Assembly: GCA_041666065.1 (NCBI GenBank) | Contig: JBAYHQ010000002.1 | Location: 1-37,824, forward strand | From: Minisyncoccota bacterium | Lineage (GTDB): Bacteria > Patescibacteriota > Minisyncoccia > Phycocordibacterales > Phycocordibacteraceae | Length of the DNA stretch: 37,824 bases | Direction: 5' to 3' | Shown here: positions 31,463 through 37,824 of the stretch, piece by piece | Layout: the number at the start of each line of letters is the position of its first letter | Numbering within the stretch: position 1 is the stretch's first letter | Notes under the pieces: generated by a model | What the model was told of the DNA's origin: nothing | Databases searched by the model: none | Seen by the model: the letters and a program-made list of their open reading frames with translations, nothing else | Position numbers and translations under genes: made by a program

Positions 31463-33838
31463 ATGCCTCCGCAACAGACTGCAGTAGTTTCAACCCGCCG
31501 CTCGCTTGATACGCTTAGCACTTGGGCGCTTTTTATCACCGTTGTCGCGGCACTGTTCGTTGTTATACCCGCTTCGTCCGTCCCGTTCTCCGTCACGAAG
31601 ACCTTTCTCTTCGCCGCCGGTACGCTCGTTACGCTGGGGCTCTACATCCTCGCGCGTCTCACTCGCGGCAACATCATCCTGCCGTCCTCGGTGCTCCTCG
31701 GTACGCTCTGGCTACCGGTCATAGCCTATGCGCTTTCAGCCGCATTTTCGGGAGTCGCGTTCTCTGCAGCTCTCTGGGGGACAGCGCTTGAGCCGGACAC
31801 GCTGGGCTTCATGCTCGGTGTCGCATGTCTCGGTACGCTTTCGGCGCTCGTCTTGCGTCGTGCCGACCACTATCGCTCGTTCCTGTGTGTTGCCACGTAT
31901 GCATTTGCGGCACTTGCTGCTCTTGAGGTGCTTGTCGTTATCGTCGGACAATTCGCTCCGAGCACTATCTCCCCGGCGTTCTCCCTTGTCGGGTCGTTTA
32001 GCGACCTCGCGTCTGTTCTCGGTCTCGGTGTCATCAGCGTCCTTATAACGCTCCGTTTTCTTGATATCACGGCGCGCACACGTAAGGTCTTGGTCGCAAG
32101 CGGTGTTGCAGCGCTCTTCCTCCTCGCGCTCGCAAACTCATCGCTCGTGTGGACGCTCCTCGCACTTGCCTCGCTCGGTCTTTTCGTTGAGGCGGTCATG
32201 CGCCGCGGCTCTAAGGCGTCTGACGCCGATCTTGACGAGGTGATGCTGCTTGACGAGGCGCCAGTAGAGTCAGAAGAGGGGAATCATTCGCTCGTTTTGC
32301 CGCTCGTTGTGCTCGCGGTCTCACTCTTCTTCCTCATTAGCGGTACGCTCGGCGGGGCGCTCGCGACTGCGCTCAAGGTACAGGTGCTCAATATACGCCC
32401 GTCGTGGCAGTCTACGCTCTCGGTCGCGCAGCATACCTACGCGACTACACCGGTATTTGGCTCCGGTCCAAGCACGTTCGGCACACAGTGGCTCAAGTAC
32501 CGTGACGCTTCCCTCAACTCAACCGTGTTCTGGAACGTGGACTTCTCGTCTGGTATCGGTTTTATCCCAACCTCTCTCGTCACGACCGGTATCGTCGGCT
32601 TGCTCGCGTGGCTCGCCTTCCTCGGCCTCTTTGTAGTGCTTGGTCTGCGCATGCTTATCCTCCGCGCACCACGAGACTCGTTTGTCCGATATGTCGCGAT
32701 CCTTTCCTTCGTCGGTTCGCTCTATCTCCTCATTCTTGCTCTCTTTGACCTACCAGCGTCGGTTATACTCGCGCTCGCGTTCGTCTTCGTCGGGCTCTTC
32801 GTCTCCACGATGCGGTACGCTACGAACGGCGCGCAATGGGGCGTCATGTTCTCGCGCAGTCCGCGCCTCGGATTCGTCATCGTGTTCTCACTCACCATTC
32901 TCCTTCTCTCGTCCGTTGTTGTCGCCTACACCCTTGTAGAGCGCTACCTCTCGGCGTACGAGTTCGCTGCGGCATCAGCCGCATTGTCTGCAGGCGACCT
33001 CGCTGCCGCTGATAAGGCAGCACAGAGCGCGATTTCGTTTGCTCCTTCCGCCGCCGCCTATCAGATACAGGCGAGCGTAGCGAAAGCGCGTCTTGGCATG
33101 ATCGCCGCTTCATCAATCATGGAAAAGGCAGCAGCTCAGCAGGCGTATCAGGCGGCTCTCTCTGCCGGCATCAACGCCGCGTTGACCGCGACGAACCTAA
33201 GTCCGTCCGATTACCAGAGCTGGATATTGCTCGGCAACCTATACGCAGAAGCGGTTCCGCTCAAGGTCGCCGGCGCGTACGATAGCGCTAAGACTGCGTA
33301 CGGAAAAGCGCAGGCATTGAATCCTACAAATCCGCAGATTCCGTACATCATCGCTCAGCTTGATATCGCGCAGGGCAATACCAAGGCTGCAGAGGAAGAC
33401 TTGAAAGCCGCTATCACGCTCAAGCAGGACTACACGGCGGCAATCTTCCTCCTCTCCCAGCTTGAAGTGCAGGACGGCAACGTGAAGGACGCGCTCGCTT
33501 CAGCGCTTGCGGCGGCTTACTTTGAGCCAAACAACCCAAGCATCCTGTTCCAAGTCGGTGTCCTCTACGCGGCACAAGGTGACTTCGCAAGTGCGGGAGC
33601 AGCGCTTGGAGCCGCAGTAGCTGCGAACCCGCAGTTCGCAAATGCTCGCTATCTCCTCGCGGCGGTGTATGCGAAGCAGGGTGATATGCCAAATGCACTC
33701 AAGGAAGTGCAGGCGATCGCCACTATGTCGGGCGACAATGCCAAGGCAGTGGCGTCTATGGTCGCTGCGCTTGAGGCGGGAAGAAATCCGTTCCCCGCAA
33801 ACCTCTTTACCGCGCCTGCGACACCGGTAAAGCAGTAG
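31463..33838 (+). CDS. Polytopic membrane protein (O-antigen ligase/polymerase-like) with C-terminal TPR repeats
   Basis: The N-terminal about 500 aa are almost entirely hydrophobic helices. The C-terminal about 250 aa carry Ala-rich TPR-type repeats (WILLGNLYAEA..., YLLAAVYAKQGDMPNALKE). The O-antigen-ligase assignment is tentative. Confidence 0.6.
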   Translation: MPPQQTAVVSTRRSLDTLSTWALFITVVAALFVVIPASSVPFSVTKTFLFAAGTLVTLGLYILARLTRGNIILPSSVLLGTLWLPVIAYALSAAFSGVAFSAALWGTALEPDTLGFMLGVACLGTLSALVLRRADHYRSFLCVATYAFAALAALEVLVVIVGQFAPSTISPAFSLVGSFSDLASVLGLGVISVLITLRFLDITARTRKVLVASGVAALFLLALANSSLVWTLLALASLGLFVEAVMRRGSKASDADLDEVMLLDEAPVESEEGNHSLVLPLVVLAVSLFFLISGTLGGALATALKVQVLNIRPSWQSTLSVAQHTYATTPVFGSGPSTFGTQWLKYRDASLNSTVFWNVDFSSGIGFIPTSLVTTGIVGLLAWLAFLGLFVVLGLRMLILRAPRDSFVRYVAILSFVGSLYLLILALFDLPASVILALAFVFVGLFVSTMRYATNGAQWGVMFSRSPRLGFVIVFSLTILLLSSVVVAYTLVERYLSAYEFAAASAALSAGDLAAADKAAQSAISFAPSAAAYQIQASVAKARLGMIAASSIMEKAAAQQAYQAALSAGINAALTATNLSPSDYQSWILLGNLYAEAVPLKVAGAYDSAKTAYGKAQALNPTNPQIPYIIAQLDIAQGNTKAAEEDLKAAITLKQDYTAAIFLLSQLEVQDGNVKDALASALAAAYFEPNNPSILFQVGVLYAAQGDFASAGAALGAAVAANPQFANARYLLAAVYAKQGDMPNALKEVQAIATMSGDNAKAVASMVAALEAGRNPFPANLFTAPATPVKQ

Positions 33839-33850
33839 TCGCGAAAGCCT

Positions 33851-33884
33851 AAAAGACTCCCTTGTAGAAACAGGGGAGTCTTTT
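33851..33884 (+). terminator. Intrinsic terminator after the membrane/TPR gene
   Basis: AAAAGACTCCCTTG tagaaa CAGGGGAGTCTTTT (one G:U pair). Confidence 0.8.
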
Positions 33885-33915
33885 CGCACTACTCGTCACT
33901 CAGCGCGCTTCGGAG

Positions 33916-33921
33916 TATTAT
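33916..33921 (+). promoter_or_regulatory. -10 box TATTAT, 6 nt upstream of the murJ ATG (33928)
   Basis: The sequence is cggagTATTATggaggtATG. Confidence 0.5.
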
Positions 33922-33927
33922 GGAGGT

Positions 33928-35610
33928 ATGGTTCGCGGCATTCTAGAACGCATATCGGCACCGGTACGCGGCCTGCATCAGGCCGCGTACTTGCTCGCAG
34001 CACTCACGCTCGCGTCGCAAGCACTCGCGCTCCTTCGCGACCGTACCTTTGCGCACATGTTCGGCGCAGGACAGGTGCTGGACCTCTACTACGCGGCGTT
34101 TCGCGTGCCGGATCTCGTTTTCGCGCTCGTCGCATCGCTCGTCTCTGCGTATGTCCTCATACCGCGTATCACAGGGATGGATAGGGAGGGAACTCGCCGC
34201 CTCCTCTCTGAGTCGGCATCGTTTCTGTTTGGCGTCGGAGGGCTTCTCTCTCTCGTGCTTGCCTTCTTTATGCCGACGTTCCTCGCTTTCTTGTATCCGA
34301 ACTTCGTGGCGTTGCCGCAGTACGCCGACTTCGTGTTTCTCGCACGCCTGCTTCTCGTCCAGCCGATACTCCTCGGCCTCTCAGGAGTTCTGGGAAGCGT
34401 GACGCAAGTGCATCGGCGTTTCATGCTGTTTGCTATTTCGCCGGTTCTCTATAACCTCGGCATCATCTTCGGCGCACTTGTCCTCTATCCTTTCTACGGG
34501 CTCATGGGGATAGGCGTTGGCGTAGTACTGGGCGCGATCGCGTATCTCTTCGTCAATGTCCCCGTCGTGCTTCGTGCCGGCGTGATGCCGCGGCTGTGCA
34601 TGCCGAGCTTCAGTCTGATGTCGTCGGTGGTGCGCGACTCCGTGCCGCGTTCGCTCGCACTCGGCATGGGTTCGGTCACTGCGCTCGTCCTCACGTCGCT
34701 TGCGTCTACGGTGGGTGTCGGAGCAGTGTCGGTGTTTACCTTCGCAAGTAATCTCGCGGCGGTGCCGCTCGCGCTCATCGGGGCGTCGTATTCCGTTGCG
34801 GCGTTTCCCGCTCTGTCTGAGGCATCGGCGCTTGAGCGGCGCGAAGAATTCACTCGCATCCTCTCGGCGAGCGCGCGACACATAATCTTGTGGTCGGTTG
34901 TATCGCTCGGTCTCATCGCCGTGCTTCGTGCCCACATAGTGCGCGTCATTCTCGGTACGGGAGCGTTTGATTGGGATGCGACGCGCATCACTGCTGCGCT
35001 TCTTGCTATACTCGCGGTCGGTCTTGTGGCACAAGGGCTCGTTCTACTCTTCTCGCGAGCGCTCTACGCGGTACGCCAGTCGTGGCGGCCACTCGTCTAC
35101 CAGTTCCTCGGCGGGGCGGTTACGGTGCTTCTCGCGCTCTACTTCCTGTCTATGCGGGATACCGGTCTCCAGACGTCGCTTGCGGCAGTTCTGAAGGTCG
35201 GCGACGTGTCCGGCACGGCTGTCTTACTCATCGCTCTTGCAGCGACCTTGGGTCAGATATTCTTGGCACTTCTCTCGCTTATCGCCCTCCGCAGTACCTC
35301 ACCAGGGCTCGGCGGTATGCTCACGCGGTCGCTCATAGACGGTGCGGTCGCGGCCTTCGCGGGCGGCGTCGCGACCTATGCCGTGCTCGCGTTTGAGGGC
35401 GGTATCGCTCCGCTTACGACCCTAGCGGCTGTCTTCACACAAGGATTCATTGCTGGTATCGTGGGCTTAACTGCTGCGGCGCTTGCCCTCTTCTTCATAG
35501 AAAATGAGGAGTTCCGCATCGTGGCGAATGCCGTGATGAGACTTGTGAGTCTCCGAGAAAGAAAGGCCGTTGTGCTCGCGCCGTCCGCAGAAGAGTCACC
35601 ACATCCGTGA
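33928..35610 (+). CDS. murJ: Lipid II flippase MurJ (MviN family)
   Basis: N-terminal MurJ signature (LLRDRTFAHMFGAGQVLDLYYAAFRVPDLVF) and about 14 predicted TM helices. The ATG at 33928 lies 6 nt after TATTAT. Confidence 0.85.
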   Translation: MVRGILERISAPVRGLHQAAYLLAALTLASQALALLRDRTFAHMFGAGQVLDLYYAAFRVPDLVFALVASLVSAYVLIPRITGMDREGTRRLLSESASFLFGVGGLLSLVLAFFMPTFLAFLYPNFVALPQYADFVFLARLLLVQPILLGLSGVLGSVTQVHRRFMLFAISPVLYNLGIIFGALVLYPFYGLMGIGVGVVLGAIAYLFVNVPVVLRAGVMPRLCMPSFSLMSSVVRDSVPRSLALGMGSVTALVLTSLASTVGVGAVSVFTFASNLAAVPLALIGASYSVAAFPALSEASALERREEFTRILSASARHIILWSVVSLGLIAVLRAHIVRVILGTGAFDWDATRITAALLAILAVGLVAQGLVLLFSRALYAVRQSWRPLVYQFLGGAVTVLLALYFLSMRDTGLQTSLAAVLKVGDVSGTAVLLIALAATLGQIFLALLSLIALRSTSPGLGGMLTRSLIDGAVAAFAGGVATYAVLAFEGGIAPLTTLAAVFTQGFIAGIVGLTAAALALFFIENEEFRIVANAVMRLVSLRERKAVVLAPSAEESPHP

Positions 35611-37403
35611 ACCAAAAAAACATCCGCAATTTTTCCATTATCGCCCATGTTGACCATGGGAAATCTACGCTGGCTGACCGCCTGCTTGAGCGTACGGGGG
35701 CTATCCCTGAACGCAAGATGCGCGACCAAGTATTGGACCGCATGGATCTGGAGCGCGAGCGCGGCATTACTATAAAAATGCAGCCAGTGAGGATGCAGTA
35801 TGGCGAGTACATTTTCAACCTGATTGATACGCCAGGGCACATAGATTTCTCGTACGAGGTCTCGCGCGCGCTCAAGGCGGTTGAGGGCGTGCTCTTGCTC
35901 GTAGACTCCACGCAAGGCGTGCAGGCACAGACACTGACCACTCTTTCTATGGCACAGGCACAGGGGTGTGTCATAATCCCTGTCGTCTCAAAGATAGATT
36001 CACCTGCCGCACGGGTAGACATCGTCGCGAGTGAGCTCGCGAAGCTCATCGGTGTCTCTCGCGAAGAGGTCATCGCGGTGTCAGGGAAGACCGGCGCAGG
36101 CGTGGATGAACTTCTGGAAGCTATCGCGCAGTGCATCCCCTCGCCACGCGCTTCTGTGGCCGCTATAGGCGATGAACCGCGCGGTCTTGTCTTTGACTTC
36201 TCGTACTCAAAGCACCGCGGCGTCGCTGTGTACCTGCGTGTCTTTGATGGTATTTTCAAGAAAGGGCAGCCGCTCTCTTTCCGAGCAGCAGGTAAGGAGT
36301 TTATCGCGCTTGAGACCGGCATCTTTACGCCCGAAGAGACGCCGGCCGACTCGCTGTCTGCTGGGGAGATAGGGTACATCGTGACGGGCATCAAGGAGGC
36401 CGGTGTTGTCGCTGTCGGCGACACTATCGGTGCGGCGAAGGGCTCGCTTCCTGCGCTCGCCGATTTTGAGCGTCCGCGGCCGGTGGTGTGGGCCTCGGTG
36501 TATCCGGAGAATCAGGACGATCTGCCGCTCCTTCGCCAATCGCTTGAGCGCCTCCGACTCTCCGACTCCTCGCTTTCGTTTGAGGAGGAGTCGTCCGGCG
36601 TACTCGGCAGGGGGTTCCGATGCGGATTCCTCGGCCTCCTGCATCTTGAGATAGTGACCGAGCGTTTGCGCCGCGAGTTCGGCCTGAAGCTCATCGTCAC
36701 GATACCGACCATTTCGTATGTGGTGACGGGGACGAACGGCGTGCGCGAAGTGGTGTACACGCCGGCGAAGTTCCCCGAACACGGCAACATAGCGCTCATT
36801 GAAGAGCCATGGGCGAAGGTCATCATCATCATTCCGCCAGAGTCGCTCTCCTCGCTCGTGCAACTCCTCTACGAGCACGAAGCGCAGACACTCGGTACCG
36901 AGACGTACGAGGACGGTCGCATAGAGATGGCGGTGGAGATGCCGCTGCGCGAACTCATGCGCGGATTCTTTGATACACTCAAGAACATATCGTCGGGCTA
37001 CGCGTCCCTCTCGTACGAAATACTTCCTGAGCGCCCCGCAGACGTGGTGCGGCTAGACATACTTGTCGCGGAAGAGCCGGTGCCTGCGTTCGCACGCGTG
37101 ATAGCTCGTCGCCGCATACAGGAAGAAGCAGAGAAGATGGTGGAGAAGCTCCATGCAGCACTCCCGAAACAGCTCTTTACCACAAAGATTCAGGCGAAGG
37201 TACAGGGGCGCATCATTGCTTCTAAGACGCTCTCGGCGATGCGCAAGGATGTCACCGGCTACCTCTACGGGGGCGATGTGTCGCGCAAGAACAAGCTGCT
37301 AGACAAACAGAAGCGCGGGAAGAAGAAGATGCTTGAGCGCGGGACAGGAAAGGTGAATATCCCTGAGGAAGTCTTCATGAAAATGGTGCAAAACGACGCG
37401 TAA
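35607..37403 (+). CDS. lepA: Translation elongation factor 4 (LepA)
   Basis: [28 protein letters not shown] and a LepA-specific C-terminal domain. The GTG start overlaps the murJ stop (GTGA). Confidence 0.9.
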   Translation: MNQKNIRNFSIIAHVDHGKSTLADRLLERTGAIPERKMRDQVLDRMDLERERGITIKMQPVRMQYGEYIFNLIDTPGHIDFSYEVSRALKAVEGVLLLVDSTQGVQAQTLTTLSMAQAQGCVIIPVVSKIDSPAARVDIVASELAKLIGVSREEVIAVSGKTGAGVDELLEAIAQCIPSPRASVAAIGDEPRGLVFDFSYSKHRGVAVYLRVFDGIFKKGQPLSFRAAGKEFIALETGIFTPEETPADSLSAGEIGYIVTGIKEAGVVAVGDTIGAAKGSLPALADFERPRPVVWASVYPENQDDLPLLRQSLERLRLSDSSLSFEEESSGVLGRGFRCGFLGLLHLEIVTERLRREFGLKLIVTIPTISYVVTGTNGVREVVYTPAKFPEHGNIALIEEPWAKVIIIIPPESLSSLVQLLYEHEAQTLGTETYEDGRIEMAVEMPLRELMRGFFDTLKNISSGYASLSYEILPERPADVVRLDILVAEEPVPAFARVIARRRIQEEAEKMVEKLHAALPKQLFTTKIQAKVQGRIIASKTLSAMRKDVTGYLYGGDVSRKNKLLDKQKRGKKKMLERGTGKVNIPEEVFMKMVQNDA

Positions 37404-37407
37404 AGCG

Positions 37408-37420
37408 GGTGCGGTATACT
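37408..37420 (+). promoter_or_regulatory. Promoter block GGTGCGGTATACT; its -10 box lies 6 nt upstream of the ftsB-like ATG (37427)
   Basis: This is the same 13-mer as at smpB. The track's GTG start at 37409 lies inside it. Confidence 0.55.
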
Positions 37421-37426
37421 GGAGCC

Positions 37427-37765
37427 ATGCGCGCAAAAGAGTGGCAGAGAGGGGTTCTGATAGGCGGTCTTTTCCTCGTGGCGTTCTGGCTCATAACGCT
37501 CATAAGCGGGCTCGCGGGGAAGGCGCATATAGCCGTATCGCAAGCCAACGACGCGAAACGGCAATACGAGTCGTTTGAAGCCCGTAAGGCGATGCTTGAG
37601 GCAAATCTCGCCGCGCTCGCTACAGAGCGCGGACGGGACGCGGCAGTCAGGACGGCGTTCGGGGTTGCGCGCCCAGGCGAAGAGGTTATCGTGGTAGTAC
37701 CACCGGCTACCGCGACCCCCACGGTCACGCAGAAGTGGTGGCAGAAGCTGTTTCTTTGGTTTTGA
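37427..37765 (+). CDS. Septum formation initiator (FtsB/DivIC-like) small membrane protein
   Basis: A single N-terminal TM, then a coiled coil (KRQYESFEARKAMLEANLAAL) and a conserved-type tail (AVRTAFGVARPGEEVIVV). The ATG at 37427 lies 6 nt after TATACT. Confidence 0.7.
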   Translation: MRAKEWQRGVLIGGLFLVAFWLITLISGLAGKAHIAVSQANDAKRQYESFEARKAMLEANLAALATERGRDAAVRTAFGVARPGEEVIVVVPPATATPTVTQKWWQKLFLWF

Positions 37766-37770
37766 GAGAA

Positions 37771-37824
37771 GCGGGTATGGTTCAGTGGTAGAACGATTGC
37801 TTCCCAAGCAATAAACGCGAGTCC
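37771..37824 (+). tRNA. tRNA-Gly, anticodon CCC (3' part cut by the window end)
   Basis: Acceptor 5' strand GCGGGUA, D-arm GUUC-AGUGGUA-GAAC, and anticodon stem AUUGC/GCAAU with loop UU-CCC-AA. The T-arm is incomplete and could not be verified. Confidence 0.65.

Noticed and set aside
31118-31509. Two 76-aa plus-strand ORFs in the nrdJ-downstream gap
   Set aside because: The region is occupied by the minus-strand RNase P RNA and its promoter, so the ORFs are chance open frames.
34381-35034. 217-aa and 165-aa minus-strand ORFs inside murJ
   Set aside because: They are Arg/His/Glu-rich shadow ORFs antisense to a multi-pass membrane protein gene, with no independent support.
35495-36424. 309-aa minus-strand ORF opposite the murJ 3' end and lepA
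   Set aside because: It lies entirely antisense to two confidently identified genes. The protein is Ser/Thr/Arg/Pro-rich and low-complexity, which is typical of shadow frames in GC3-rich coding DNA, and it has no start-site signals.
1-37824. Searched for CRISPR arrays, transposases or integrases, phage or defence modules, toxin-antitoxin pairs, and insertions at the tmRNA and tRNA genes
   Set aside because: I saw no regularly spaced direct repeats and no recombinase-like or defence-like ORFs. The tmRNA and tRNA genes are flanked directly by housekeeping genes, with no duplicated 3' tRNA fragments that would mark an integrated element.

Overview
The window is a densely packed, housekeeping-type bacterial chromosome segment with about 31 protein genes on both strands. 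I found no transposase, integrase, CRISPR array or obvious genomic island. The ORF track cannot show five RNA genes, which I identified from the sequence. These are a tmRNA directly downstream of smpB, a type-A RNase P RNA on the minus strand between nrdJ and the next gene, tRNA-Ile with the rare UAU anticodon, tRNA-Ser(GGA), and a 3'-truncated tRNA-Gly(CCC). Recognisable proteins fall into these groups:
- Translation and quality-control factors: PrmC, an RsuA-family pseudouridine synthase, an ABC-F ATPase, TypA/BipA, SmpB and LepA.
- FtsH and RecG.
- The pyrF-pyrE pair.
- A class II ribonucleotide reductase with a nearby glutaredoxin.
- Envelope functions: MurJ, a multi-pass membrane plus TPR protein, an FtsB/DivIC-like protein, a peptidoglycan amidase, and a 1024-aa repeat-rich secreted protein with peptidoglycan-binding domains at both ends.
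- A LemA / TPM / GGDEF trio.
- Small enzymes: NUDIX, nitroreductase, pirin, SDR, malic enzyme, a nucleotidyltransferase and an NRAMP transporter.
- Two orphan proteins: one of 165 aa, and one of 164 aa with a C-terminal Cys cluster.

The most striking sequence-level pattern concerns promoters. A TANNNT -10 box, usually TATACT or TATAGT and often TG-extended, lies exactly 6 nt upstream of the ATG of ten genes and 8-9 nt upstream of five more. This predicts widespread leaderless mRNAs. It also means that many N-terminal extensions in the ORF track read through promoters. Clear Shine-Dalgarno sites occur only at pyrF, pyrE and the two orphan genes. The gene content, the tRNA and tmRNA genes lacking an encoded CCA, and the large surface proteins resemble Patescibacteria/CPR-like genomes, but that is inference only.
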